Origin: Pelagomonas calceolata
Taxonomy: Eukaryota
Direction of reading: 5' to 3'
Length of the DNA: 64,000 bases
Assembly: GCA_918797485.1 (NCBI GenBank)
Contig: CAKKNE010000006.1
Span: 1,240,001-1,304,000 of the forward strand
This document shows positions 20,865 through 31,852 of the stretch, one piece after another (position 1 is the stretch's first letter; every line of letters begins with the position of its first letter). The position numbers and the translations under genes are program-made. Below the pieces are notes generated by a model, which was not told where the DNA came from, made no database searches, and worked only from the letters and a program-made list of their open reading frames with translations.

Positions 20865-21530
20865 ATGGTGCGCATCACGGAGGTCGACGCCCACGGCCAC
20901 GAGATCGAGACCAAGGAGGAGCCCAAGACGCGGCAATTAGTTAATCTGTCACCGGCAGATGCGAAAGCGGTGGCCGACCACGAGCGCGCGGCCGATTCCT
21001 TGATCGAGAAGGACCGGCTGCACCAGGCGCACGCGCCGTTGTGCGAAGCTATTTCTATAAGAGAGCGCGCGCTCGGCTTTAAGCATCCTGATTTATGCAA
21101 GCCGCTGTGTAAAGTCGGTGGTGTTTTAAGGGCCACTGGGCGGTTCGACGACGCCGAGAAGGCGTACCGACGGTCCCTTGAAATACGGGAGAAGCACGAC
21201 GGCGGGGACGCGTTGGAGGTCGCACGAACTTTGGAAGCTCTGGGCGAGGTGCTGCGCGCGCAGGGCAATTTGACGAGCGCCGAGGCGTGTCTGCGCGAGG
21301 GGCTCGAGAAGTTGGAGAGCTGTCGCGGGCCCAAGGATCCGGAGGTCGGCGGCTCGCTGGTCAATCTGGCGTCGCTCTTGGATCACGTTGGTCGGTCACG
21401 AGAAGCTCTAGTGACCATACAAAGAGCGGTCCTCATCTTCGATAACGAGGCCGACGAGCGCTGCCGCATCGCCGAGGCGTGGGAGCGGCACCTGGAGCGG
21501 AAGGTCGCCGAGGAGGCGGATAGCGACTAA
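20865..21530 (+). CDS. TPR protein (kinesin-light-chain-type repeats)
   Basis: ALGFKHPDL, GRFDDAEKAYRRSLEIRE and GPKDPEVGGSLVNLA; first ATG at 20865. Confidence 0.75.
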   Translation: MVRITEVDAHGHEIETKEEPKTRQLVNLSPADAKAVADHERAADSLIEKDRLHQAHAPLCEAISIRERALGFKHPDLCKPLCKVGGVLRATGRFDDAEKAYRRSLEIREKHDGGDALEVARTLEALGEVLRAQGNLTSAEACLREGLEKLESCRGPKDPEVGGSLVNLASLLDHVGRSREALVTIQRAVLIFDNEADERCRIAEAWERHLERKVAEEADSD

Positions 21531-21591
21531 ATGAATTAATCATGATTAGTAGGAATCATGGCCCTCGCCGGAGGCGGGTGGCTTGGGCCGG

Positions 21592-23199
21592 TTACTTAGT
21601 AGGAATAGCCCTCGCCGGGCGGCTTGGGCCGGAGGGAAGCGGCACGGCGAAACGGCTGCCGGGTTTGACGCCGCGAGGGACGATCACCGTCATCTCCTGG
21701 CCCGTGGTCGGGGCGCGGACGCGCAAGTGACTTCCCGGTCCGGCCCCGTGCGGACAGGTCACGAGAAACGCCGACGGCGGCGGCGGCGGCGGCGGCGCGG
21801 TGGCGCGCGGCACCTGCCCGCACCGCTCGTCGCGCAGGTGCCGGAACAGGGCGTTCTTGCTCCGAAATATGGCTCCACAGTTGCGACAGCTATGCTTCTG
21901 GGGCGGCGGCGGCGGCGCCGTCGGGACGGGCGGCGGCGGCGGCGCCGAGGGTACCGGCTTCGGGAGCGCCGTCGGCGGCGCCGCCCCGGGCGTCGTCTTG
22001 CGCTTTGCGAAGCGCGCGCTTCCCACGAAGCAGAACGAGACGGCGAGGAGGACGCATACGCTGCAGACCAGGCAGGTGACGACGGCCAGGACCATCCCGA
22101 TGCCACTCGGGTTGTGTTCGTCCCACAGTTCGTCCTGCAACGCGTTGAGCCTGTCTTCCCACGACGTCGGCGGTGCTGTCGGCGCGTGCGAGATCGACGG
22201 CGCGGCGGTCGTCGGGGCCGCCGTGGGCGCGGGCGAGGTCGTCGGCGCGAGCGTCGTTGGCGAGGTCGTCGGCGGCGGCGGCGGGCAATCGTCGAGGTCG
22301 TCCACTTGCGTGACGCCGCAATCCGTCGACGCGCACGGGGTGCCGCCGAACGCTCTGTCCAGGTCGACGCCGTCGTCCACGCACCAGCCGAGGTCCTGGT
22401 CGAAGGCCGGGGCGCTGCCGAACATTGACCTCATACTCGTGACGCTGTCGACCTGCCATCCGCCGATGTCCTGGTTAAAGGCCGAGGCTTCGGCGAACAT
22501 CGTGTCCATGCGCGTGACGCTCTGGACCGCCCAAGCACCGATGTCTCGGTTAAAGGCCTTGGTCCGATAGAACATGCTATTCATCGTCTTCACGCCCGAG
22601 GTGTCCCACGCGCCGATGTCCTCGTTGAAGGACGCCGCGGCCGAGTCGCAGTCACTGCACCAACAATTTGAACAAGAGCAGTAAGAATAGCCGCAAAACA
22701 AATACGACATGTCCGTCACGGCCGACGTCTCCCACGTCGAGATGTGGCCGTACGCCGCCTCGGCGGCGGCCGCGTCCGCGAGCCACGCGGCGACTGCCGT
22801 TCTGATCCTGCTGTCGGTCATGAAGTTTTTCATGGTAGGCTGCGGCGTCGGGCTTGGCGTCGGTGCTTCCGTCGGGCGCGGCGTTGGTGGTGGCGTAGGG
22901 GGTAGGGTCCCGCAGTACTTCCTGTAGATGTCGAAGTTCATAACACCCCCTATATGATCGCAGTTGTTCAGGCCGAGATCGGTGCCGCACGTGCCGCCGC
23001 CATTGCAGAGGTCGCCGCAGAACGCAATGTCGCAATCAAGAAAGTTAGAATATGACCAGTAATGGCTTTCGGGGCACTCGTCGGCCGCAATGGGCACAAG
23101 CGTACCACACGCATCGGCCGTCCGGCGCGCCGCGCGGAGCGAGGGCGCGCCGGCGGCCGCTCCCAGCAGCGCGACGGCGACCCGCGGGCCCCATGCCAT
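21592..23199 (-). CDS. Type I membrane surface protein with DUF285/BspA-like repeats, PT linkers and a cytoplasmic zinc-finger-like motif
   Basis: Signal peptide; repeats ISTWETSAVTDMSYLF, FNEDIGAWDTSGVKTM, FNRDIGAW and FNQDIGGW; a TM helix; CRNCGAIFRSKNALFRHL. Confidence 0.82.
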   Translation of the reverse strand: MAWGPRVAVALLGAAAGAPSLRAARRTADACGTLVPIAADECPESHYWSYSNFLDCDIAFCGDLCNGGGTCGTDLGLNNCDHIGGVMNFDIYRKYCGTLPPTPPPTPRPTEAPTPSPTPQPTMKNFMTDSRIRTAVAAWLADAAAAEAAYGHISTWETSAVTDMSYLFCGYSYCSCSNCWCSDCDSAAASFNEDIGAWDTSGVKTMNSMFYRTKAFNRDIGAWAVQSVTRMDTMFAEASAFNQDIGGWQVDSVTSMRSMFGSAPAFDQDLGWCVDDGVDLDRAFGGTPCASTDCGVTQVDDLDDCPPPPPTTSPTTLAPTTSPAPTAAPTTAAPSISHAPTAPPTSWEDRLNALQDELWDEHNPSGIGMVLAVVTCLVCSVCVLLAVSFCFVGSARFAKRKTTPGAAPPTALPKPVPSAPPPPPVPTAPPPPPQKHSCRNCGAIFRSKNALFRHLRDERCGQVPRATAPPPPPPPSAFLVTCPHGAGPGSHLRVRAPTTGQEMTVIVPRGVKPGSRFAVPLPSGPSRPARAIPTK

Positions 23200-23367
23200 G
23201 TCCGCAGCCTGCCGCTGGGGCAGCACTTTGGCAGCCCCAACCGCAGCTTTGACGCCGTGCGTTCGACAGAGGCAGGGTCGCAGCTATGCTACGTGCTGCG
23301 CGTGAGTTTCAAAATGGTCCAATTGCAAGCCAACAAAATACCCGCGCGACCATGAGAACAGCTACGG

Positions 23368-24660
23368 CTACATGACCAAGTTACTCGTCGCCGACGCGAG
23401 CGCCCGCATTTTTTGTAGCTGGTCTTTCCGGTCCTTCCGCCGCGCGCGCTCCTTCTTCTTGAGCGACTTGTCCTTCGCGCGCTCCAGGCGCAGGGCGCCC
23501 TTGGACGTGTCCACCGCGACCTCGTCGAGGGCCTCGTTCACGTTCTTCGTCCGTCTCCGTAAATCCGCCGCCTCCGCCGCGCGCTTCTCGGCGAGCTCCG
23601 TCGCGACGAGCGCGTCCCAGGCCGCCCTGGATTCCCGCAGCTGCCAGCCCTTCATCTTCGTCATTTCGTTGTGCAAGTCCACCAAGGGCTTCATGACCCT
23701 ATCTCGCGCTTCCTTCGCTTCCTCCTCGGGCGTCTTCTGCTTCTTCTTTTGCTCGGCGTGCTTTAATATGGCCTCGGGGCCCTGGGCCTTCAACTCCTTC
23801 TCCTCGGTGTACATCGTCCGGAAGGACTGGGCCGTCTCCCGCGATTCGGCGGGCAGGGTCTTCATCTGCGACTCGTCCATGAGCAGCAGCATGGTTATTG
23901 ATTGTCTCTGGTCCCCCGGTACCTTCGCGAGGATGGGTAAAGTCCAATCAATGTCCTCGGGCGACTGCTCGGGCGCGTCGACGCGGCCCGGCTGTCTGCC
24001 TGCGGCTTTGTCGGCTCTTTGCTTCTCGTAGCAGCGCTTGAAGTCGCGGATCGTCTTCTGCTGGTCCTCCGGGAGTTGCTGGAGAGCAGCGTCATTCAGG
24101 GAGAGCGCGCGGGCCGCGGCGGGCCGCTGGTTCTCCGGTACGGAAGCGAATAGGGGCAGCGTCAGGTCGACGCCGTCCTCCGTTACTGTCGGGGCAGGTT
24201 TCTTCTTTTGTTGTGGTTTTGTGGGTGCTACTACTTTCGGCTTTACATCTCGATAGTAGCCCGTACCTCTAGGACCGGTCTTGAAGACGTAGCCCGGTTT
24301 CGAGCCGGCGTAGGTCTCGGCCTTCCGGAAGGAGTCGTCGACGTCGACCGCGTCGGCCGCCGCGTCCACGTCGAAGTCCTCCCAGCGCTTGTAGCCCTTG
24401 TCGTAGGTGTGCGACGCTGCCGTCTGCGCCTTCGCCGCCGCCGCGGCGCTGCCCGCCTTCGCGGACGACGCCCCCGCCGTGCCGGCTGCCGAGGGCGCCG
24501 CTGCCGTCTGCGGCAGGGCGGCGTCGTCGTCGGACTCGGACTCGGCGATGGCCACCTTGACGCCCTCGGCGGGCGGCGGCGGGGCCGCGTCCAGATCTAC
24601 GGCCTCGACGTCGTCCAAATCGAAGCCGCCTCCGCTCATCTCGAGCACCTGGGCTGCCAT
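23368..24660 (-). CDS. Uncharacterised protein with a GYVFKTGPRGTGYYRD motif, two short helical repeats and a coiled-coil C-terminus
   Basis: 430-aa ORF with coding-like composition; duplicated D.TLP..A.VP..QR...L.....LP unit. Confidence 0.7.
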   Translation of the reverse strand: MAAQVLEMSGGGFDLDDVEAVDLDAAPPPPAEGVKVAIAESESDDDAALPQTAAAPSAAGTAGASSAKAGSAAAAAKAQTAASHTYDKGYKRWEDFDVDAAADAVDVDDSFRKAETYAGSKPGYVFKTGPRGTGYYRDVKPKVVAPTKPQQKKKPAPTVTEDGVDLTLPLFASVPENQRPAAARALSLNDAALQQLPEDQQKTIRDFKRCYEKQRADKAAGRQPGRVDAPEQSPEDIDWTLPILAKVPGDQRQSITMLLLMDESQMKTLPAESRETAQSFRTMYTEEKELKAQGPEAILKHAEQKKKQKTPEEEAKEARDRVMKPLVDLHNEMTKMKGWQLRESRAAWDALVATELAEKRAAEAADLRRRTKNVNEALDEVAVDTSKGALRLERAKDKSLKKKERARRKDRKDQLQKMRALASATSNLVM

Positions 24661-25091
24661 TTTTGTGCTGCCCTTCGCAGCCGCACCGGGTCCGCGGGCA
24701 GCAGTTGCGGCCCTGCGCGACGCCGACCGAATGCAACGCGAGTGCTACGGCTCCTAGGGCGCAGCGCAGCCGAAAAATGGCGTCGAGCTCGATGGCGCTG
24801 CGGCCCCGCACGCAAGCCTCGACGCGCACGGAGTCCCACGCAGCGCGAGATAGACTCGCCTCAGGACCGGTCGGCGGCCGGGACGTCTATGTCTCTGTGT
24901 CTGCCGGCCGCGCGGCGCCGTCGACGCGGCGCGAGTCTACCGAAGGTTTATGTAATGCATAGGTTATATACACAGGGACTTGTGGTGGGCATTTTGTGGT
25001 CAGGCGCGCCGGACGTAGTGGCGCGGGCAACACAGAAACGATCGGCGCTCGAGCTTGGAGCGAGGCCGACGGGGAATTGGCGCCGCGGCGC

Positions 25092-25355
25092 CGCGGGGTT
25101 AAACTCTCCTGGTCGAGAGTCCCGCGGCGGCCTCAGGCGCAGTGGGGCGCGATCGTCGTGGCGATCGGCGCGGGCGGCGGGCCGCCGGGGTTAAACTCTC
25201 CTGGTAGAGGGAGTCCCGCGGCGCCACCGGGTCTTGGAAGTAGTACAGCCGCGGGGTTAAACTCTCCCGACGGGGGGAGTCCCGCGGCACCAATTGGAGG
25301 TCTTGGAAGGAACGCCGCGGGGTTAAACTCTCCCGATGGGGGGAGTCCCGCGGCA
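25092..25355. repeat. Four-copy imperfect tandem repeat (core GGGGTTAAACTCTCC...GAGTCCCGCGGC) at the 3' end of the OPR/RAP gene
   Basis: Three copies encode GAAGLPxxGEFNP; the fourth lies beyond the stop codon. Confidence 0.85.
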
Positions 25356-27592
25356 CCGGGCGTCGGTGTCACGATGGGCGGCGGCGGCGGCCGCACCAAT
25401 TTCACTAATTCTTGCGGGAGGATGCGCCGCACGCGCCAGCCGAGGCCCTGCAACAGTCGAGCACGCACGGCCACGGGCCCGGCGTCGCGCAGGTGCATGT
25501 TGTTGGAGTCATAGACACTGTCGTCTAACTTAAAGCAATCGAATCCAGACTTGTTCCTCGCGTCTCCCACATCAATCGTCAGGCCCGGGGCGGCCTTTAC
25601 CGACAGTTGGAAGGGCTTGGCTTCATTGGATGGAGGCGGGTCGCCGTGTTCCGAGAACGGGAGGCCCTGTTGTCGTGCGGCGGCTCGCGCCAGGCCTAAT
25701 CTGACGAGATCTTCGTCGGACCAGGGCGTCGTGATCGCGGATAAGGCCGCATCCAACGCATGCGTCAGGCCCAGTGGCTGAGGCGTGAAGCCGACGACGC
25801 ACAGCGTTTCGGCGAGACACGCGAGATCTTGCGGGCGACAGGAGTACTGCTGCTGCTGGTTCCTCAGAGCGGCGCCGACGCCCGCCAACAGTCGAGGCGC
25901 TAACGCATCGACTAATGCGGAAGCCTCGTTGACCGGTGCGACACGCGCAAAGGCCCAGCACGCCCGACACGCGGCGTCGGCCGGCACCACACTACTGGTC
26001 CGGGAGAACTCACCTAATGCAGCGCCAAATAATTGCGGGTCATATCTAGAAGCGCGCGCATGGCACCAGACGATCGTCGCTAGGTGTCTCGGTGCCACCG
26101 CGGAAATCTGTAAGGCCGATTCTCTGGCCACGGCCAAGAACAATTCGCGTTCAAAGGGCTGGGACCGGCAATATACAGATAATAAAGCGGCGGATCCGAG
26201 ACCGCCCAACCGGCCGCCTCTTCTAGCAGCTTCCTGGGCGATCGACGACCACAGTAATGCGCGAGAGGCCGTGTCCCGGCCAACAGCGTTCAGCGCCCCG
26301 GCGCAGTTCGCGAGATCCTGGACGTTGAATTCATCTAATCTACGTAGAGCATGGGCCGACAAAGCGTCGAAGAGCTCGTAGGGTACTCCGGGAGCCGCCG
26401 AACACGCTAAGAATAAAGTCGCAACAGCTTGCGGCGCGAAGTGGCGCCGCGCCCCGGGGTTCCGCAATCTTGCGCACACTTCTCTTCCAATCGCCGAGTA
26501 CAATCTAGGATGAGTGCGGGCCCTTCGAGCAGCACAAAACGCCCAGGCAAGCGAAGCGAGGTTCTGGGCACCCAATGCTTGTACCCGCCGCTCCGCCTGG
26601 TCCGCTAGAGCCACATACAGCCCAGGAGCGGGGTGTCGCGTCGTCGCAAAGGCCCACGCTAAATTGGCCAAAGCTTGCGCCGACAACTCTTCGGCTCGAG
26701 CCGCGGCTTCTCGCGCCACGGCGTCGAAGAGTTCCGGAGCGCGCACGCCGGCTAAAACATAAGCATAAGCAGTGTTCGATAAATTTTGCTCGTTGAAGGT
26801 GCCCACTCGCGGCGCCGCCTCCGCGGCGAGCACACGAAACAATCTCTCGGTAGCTCTACCCGCCGTCGCGAAGGCCCAGGCCGCTATGGATAGTTCTTGT
26901 GCATTTAGTCTAGGTGCTTTTCTTTCACACTCAACAGCTAAAGCGTCAAATAGAGTGGCAGAACCCGTCCGCGCCGTCGCGCAAGCCCATGCTACATTGA
27001 CGCCCTCCCGCGCCGAGAACTTCGTGCAGGACGCCTCCGCACTCTCCACCAAACATCTCCAAGCTCTTCGCTCCTGCGCGTCGCCGCCGCAGCCCAACCG
27101 AGCTAGACTGTGTGCACAATTGGCAAGTGCCTGCGGCCCGTACTCCGGGAAGGACATACAAGCCTCTTCCAGTAGGCCCTTGAACCTAGGGTCCTGGCGG
27201 ACTCTTCTACAAGCGTCGCGCTGGCCTCTTCCCCTAGAATCGCCGCCGGCGCCCCGGGCCAATCTTGTGAACGCGGTGGCCACGTTGACATCATTTCTGA
27301 CACCCTTCTCGGCATAGATCCTTAATACTTCTTCCGCATTGGTACAAGCGGCGTACCTTCGGTTGAGCTCGACCGCGGCTCGAGGCGGCGCGCCTCTGCG
27401 CTCCGCACTCCGTCGCCCTCGTCTCGTCTTGTTCTTCACGCGGGGCGGGCTGTCGCTCCGGTCCGAGCCCGTCGACGACTTGTCTAGAGATTCTCTGTCT
27501 CTCTCAACAGGAGCACTTCCAAACTCCAACGCTTCTCGCAAAGCTGATGGTAATGCCGCAAAAAGGTCCTCCTCGTCCTCGGCGGCGAACAT
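25133..27592 (-). CDS. OPR/FASTK-like helical-repeat RNA-binding protein with a C-terminal RAP-like domain
   Basis: About 38-aa repeats QALANCAHSLA, QELSIAAWAFA, QNLSNTAYAY and QALANLAWAFA; RAP-like RARLLQGLGWRVRRI. Confidence 0.8.
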   Translation of the reverse strand: MFAAEDEEDLFAALPSALREALEFGSAPVERDRESLDKSSTGSDRSDSPPRVKNKTRRGRRSAERRGAPPRAAVELNRRYAACTNAEEVLRIYAEKGVRNDVNVATAFTRLARGAGGDSRGRGQRDACRRVRQDPRFKGLLEEACMSFPEYGPQALANCAHSLARLGCGGDAQERRAWRCLVESAEASCTKFSAREGVNVAWACATARTGSATLFDALAVECERKAPRLNAQELSIAAWAFATAGRATERLFRVLAAEAAPRVGTFNEQNLSNTAYAYVLAGVRAPELFDAVAREAAARAEELSAQALANLAWAFATTRHPAPGLYVALADQAERRVQALGAQNLASLAWAFCAARRARTHPRLYSAIGREVCARLRNPGARRHFAPQAVATLFLACSAAPGVPYELFDALSAHALRRLDEFNVQDLANCAGALNAVGRDTASRALLWSSIAQEAARRGGRLGGLGSAALLSVYCRSQPFERELFLAVARESALQISAVAPRHLATIVWCHARASRYDPQLFGAALGEFSRTSSVVPADAACRACWAFARVAPVNEASALVDALAPRLLAGVGAALRNQQQQYSCRPQDLACLAETLCVVGFTPQPLGLTHALDAALSAITTPWSDEDLVRLGLARAAARQQGLPFSEHGDPPPSNEAKPFQLSVKAAPGLTIDVGDARNKSGFDCFKLDDSVYDSNNMHLRDAGPVAVRARLLQGLGWRVRRILPQELVKLVRPPPPPIVTPTPGAAGLPPSGEFNPAAFLPRPPIGAAGLPPSGEFNPAAVLLPRPGGAAGLPLPGEFNPGGPPPAPIATTIAPHCA

Positions 27593-28405
27593 CTCTTACG
27601 AAGCGAGGTGGAATGACCTGTTAATCCTCGAGCTTCTTTACTGGATACTGAGGTGGGATGACCAGTTAGTCCTCAGTCGATCGATCGCGGCAGCACCGCG
27701 CCGAGTCTATAGCTAAAGGGTGGACGGTGGTGGTATGACCTACGTGGCATGAGCAAGATGAAGGCGCGGCGGGGGCGGCGCGCGCGGCCTTTTGGGGGGG
27801 GGGCTTCCACGCGCGGCGCGTCTGGGCCTCGTGGGCCTTCGCGCGGTGTCGCGCGGCCGTCTGGAAGCCGCGCGCGAGACACGGCCGGGTAGGGAGGCCT
27901 CGCGCGTCCACCTCCACGCCATCGCCGCGGCGGGGGCGGACGGCGAAGGGCTGGGGAGGGGGCTGAATAGGGCTTTGTTGTGTTACCTGTTAATCCACCG
28001 TCCCCTGCTTTGCGTGGGGTGCGCGGGCCGCGCCGGACCAGATGCCGCGCTGCTGGGCCTCTCGCGCCGTCGCTGGGGCTGCACTCCCGGCGTAAAATGA
28101 CAAGCCTCAATCGGCGTGCGCCGCGTTCGCCGCACACGCCAGATGCGATAGGTTCGGTTCTTTTACGCTGTTATGTGTGCCTTGTAGGTTTGCGAGGGGT
28201 GTTTTTGAGGGGTTCTTTGGTTTTTCGCGCGGGTTCAGACTGATGTGTTTGTTCAGAGCTTGATCTGACCGTCCGTACACAGTTCGTGACGAACGGTGAC
28301 AAGAAACGTGGACTCCCACAAGTCCCCCATACTGCCATCAATCATTTCTGAAAGTCCCAGCTTGAGACGAGCCCCAGCGCCAGCGCACAGCAAACTGCTA
28401 CCAAC

Positions 28406-28940
28406 ATGCGCTGGCTCACCGCCGTCGCTACGACATTACTCACGACGAACGCCTTCGTCGCGCCGCCACGGACGCGCCTCCACGCTCTCGCCGCCGTGAC
28501 GACCGACGACGCGATCGAACAAAAGCTCGACTCGTGGCTCCTCGACAACCTCGGCAGCTGCGCGGTTCCCATCGATGATGATGATGACGACGCCTTCGAG
28601 CTGTGCTCGGTCGACTCGCCGACTGCTGTGTGGAAATCAACCACTGCGTCGGGTGCACTAAGTCATTTCGGCGATGACGCGGCCGTCCTGGCTCGGTCGA
28701 GCTGTGAGGAACCGGCATCGCCACGCCATCGAGCAGGCGTCGCATCGATGGCGTGGAGGTCGACGCGAAGATTCAGCACGAACGCGCCGTAAATTTTGAT
28801 TTCCACACAGGCCAACAGAGGGCTGCGTCGACGTGCACAACGTGCTGGCCCCCGAGGAGCCGCGCGCGCCGCCGGCGAAGACGAAGCTTCGCATTCGACG
28901 GAGGAAGGAGCCGGCCCTGGGCCGCGTCGCGCACCTCTGA
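28406..28940 (+). CDS. Small putative plastid-targeted protein; 2 exons (28406-28617, 28811-28940)
   Basis: Signal peptide with an ASAFAP-like TNA-FVAP site; splicing gives ...VDS-PTEGCVDVHNVL...VAHL*. Confidence 0.65.
28618..28810 (+). mobile_element. Introner element (family A, long) forming a GC-AG intron
   Basis: TIR CTGTGTGGAAATCAA/TTGATTTCCACACAG; TSD GCCGACTG/GCCAACAG (6/8); the internal sequence is homologous to the 3682 element. Confidence 0.9.
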
Positions 28941-28986
28941 TTGATTGTTCCCCTTCGTTCGTAAGATTGCTTTTGTTACATCATTC

Positions 28987-31516
28987 TTAGTAGGAGAACT
29001 GCCGCGCGTCGCCAGCTGATTTCTTGCCGTACGGGTTCGCCGCCGAGAAGGCGTGGCCCGACTGGCCCTTGCGCCGGTCGCCCTTCTTCGGGTTGCGCCG
29101 CGTCTTCTTGTCTCCCCTATGACTCAGGTTCAGGTCGACGCGCGGCGGCACGGCAAACCCGAAGCTCTCCGAGACGGCCTGGAGATCTAATGAATGGACG
29201 TCAAAAATGTCCTTGTGCGCGTGCGACGCGTAGGCCAGCAGGTACGACCGGTAGGCGTCCCGCGCGGCGCGATGCAAATAATAATTCTTCTCCACGAGTT
29301 TGGTAAGTGCCGACTGGATGTTCGTGACCTTGCTCATGTCGAACTCGTACTCGTGGAGGGCCACGCGCGCGTCGCGCAGCCACCGCAAGAACCCGAGCTC
29401 CGCCGGCGCCAAGAATAGTAACGCTCTCCCAGTCCCCGTCTCGCCGCGCGCCGTCCGGCCGACTCTGTGGACGTACTCGCGCGGGTCATCTGGCGGGTCG
29501 AACTGCACGATCCAATTGACCTCCGGAATATCTAAGCCCCGCGCGGCGACGTCCGTGCACAGCAGCACGCCCGACGTCGCCCGGCAGAACTCGAAGAACG
29601 TCGACGTGCGCTTCTGCTGCTTCTGGCGGCCGTGGATGTCGAGGACCTGTGTGCGTTTTTTTTTGTGGTGTTTTTCTCGTCGTGTGGCGTTGTCTCGCTG
29701 TGTGGCTTCGTTGTGTGTGGCTTTGTTGTGGCCTCACCATCGCGTCGATGGCGTACCGGTCAGCGTTGGGCTCGCTCGTCCTATCCGCCGTGCTCCCGGC
29801 CGTCGTCTGCCCTCTCTACGCTGTCGCCGCGTCTCTCGCGCCCCCACGCCATCGCCGCGGCGCTCTCGACGCGTGTCTGCTCTCGCGCCTCGGCCGCAGC
29901 CCGCGCGCGCGCCTCGGCCTCCGAGGCCGCGCGGTCGCGCTTGGCTTCGTGACGTCATCGCCGCGACGGCATCACCGCGACGGCATCGCCGTCGACGCGT
30001 CCCGTACGCCGTCGACGCGATGCGGCGCATGCTCTCGTACGCCGTCGCCGTGTCTCACAGTATCAAACGGGACGCCGCTTAGAAACCGGCACGTCAACAT
30101 AATTCAGCAGGTCCGAGTAGTACTTGACCGCGTTGCACGACGAAAAAAACACCATCACCTTTTCTTTTTTGCGGTGTCTTTTTAGAAATGTAAATAAGAG
30201 CCGGAACCGATCCTTCGGCGCGACGACGACGTAGCCCTGCTCGAGACCCGCGACGGTCGCGTGCTGCTCCGAGTCGTGGACTCCTACATATACTGGATCT
30301 GTTTTGATCGCGAGTCTCGCCAAGTCTTCGACCTTTCTCGTTTGTGTTGCTGAAAATAAAGCCGTCTGCCGCTGCGACGGTAGGGCCTTCACAATACCCC
30401 GCAGATCTTCCTCGAAGCCCTGCTCGAGTAAGCGGTCCGCTTCATCAATTACGAACATCAGCAAATTCCTATATATAAACCCGCTCGTGTTCTGGAGGTG
30501 GTCCAACAGTCTACCGGGCGTCGCCACCAACAAACAAACACCCTTCACGAGTCGTTCCGCCTCGCCTCTCCTGTTCGCGCCGCCTATAACTAACCCGTGC
30601 GTGTGCGACGCGCCCGAGCCTCCCACGAGCTCGCGCAGCACGTTGTAGATCTGCAGCGACAGCTCGCGCGTCGGCGAGATGACGAGGCCGCCTAATCCTC
30701 TATTCTGCTGGAAGCGGGCTTTCGTGAGGAGGTCGACCTGCGCGCGTTTTGTGGTGTTTTTCGCGTCGTGGTCTCGCGTTGTCTCGTCGCGGCCTCGCGG
30801 CCCCGCGTCCGCCGATTGCTCTCTCGCCGCGTGGCGTCCTCGGCCGCTCTCTCCACTTCGCGTCGATGGCGTACCCGCCCACGCCGTCGCCGCGACCGTC
30901 ACAAGTAAGAGGACGCCGCTCCAATACCATCGGCACGAGGAACGCGAGCGTCTTGCCCGAGCCCGTTTTGGCATTACCTAACAAGTCGCGTCCTTCTAAC
31001 AACGGCGGGATCGCGCGTTCCTGGATCTTCGTCATGGTTCCAAAACCCATCTTCTTGATGCTTTCCTGCGTGCCCTCCGCCAGCGGTAAGGCGTCGAAGG
31101 TCAGCGTGCCGAACATGCTTGCGGCGTTCGCGTCGGACTTCGGCGGCGGCGCCTGCGCCTCCTCGGCGGGCGCCGCGTCCGCCGCGTCGGCTTCGTCCGC
31201 CGCGGGCTCGTCCGCGGCCGGTGCGGCCTGCGCGCGGCGGAGGAGTAAAGGCGCGTCCGCCTCCACGCTATCAACGACGGGTCCTCTCATCCGCTTCCAC
31301 GCCATCGACGCGACGAAGGCCTGTATGACGCCGGCGCGGCACGGCTTCGTCCGCGGCCCGCTTCTTCGCCTTCTTCGCCTTCTTCTTCTTGGCCGCCCGG
31401 CTCTGGCCGCCGGCCTCGGGCTCGGCGGCGCCCTCGAGCTTGCGCTTCAGGAGCTTGGCCTCCTTCTTCTTGCGTTTTGCTTCCTTGCGCGCGGCTTTGG
31501 CTGCTGCGGCGTCCAT
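28987..31516 (-). CDS. HAS1: ATP-dependent RNA helicase HAS1/DDX18; 4 exons (31516-31343, 31227-30928, 30737-30087, 29646-28987)
   Basis: [61 protein letters not shown] and FSAANPYGK. Three phase-0 introns; the intron 1 donor could alternatively be GC at 31345. Confidence 0.92.
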
Positions 31517-31852
31517 GGTGTTTGTCAGCGCTGCGCGGCTGCAGGTCAAGTAGGCGATATTGGCTCTCAGTGGTGGATTTGGCTTTTGCGCGATTTTTTT
31601 TAGCCTGTCGCTGTTGCAGCGGTCGAGCGGGGCGTCGCAGAAGGGCTTGGATGGGGTTCGGCGAAGGCCGGTGTTTTTTTGTGGGAATTGACCCGCTGCA
31701 CGCGGGTCAAATCGGGCTTCTCGGGTTTTTATTTTGACTTCTTCAGGGGGCGCGCATTGACCGAAGCCTCGCAACATGCGTGTTCGTACGCCTGTTTGAT
31801 AGAAGAATGGCAGGACTAAATCAGGAGGGAGTATCCTCCTCGAGTTGGTGAT

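Noticed and set aside
31812..31852. Possible third BHB or permuted tRNA piece around the AGGAGG/CCTCCT hairpin
   Set aside because: No clean 3-4-3 geometry can be drawn, and the tRNA is already complete without it.
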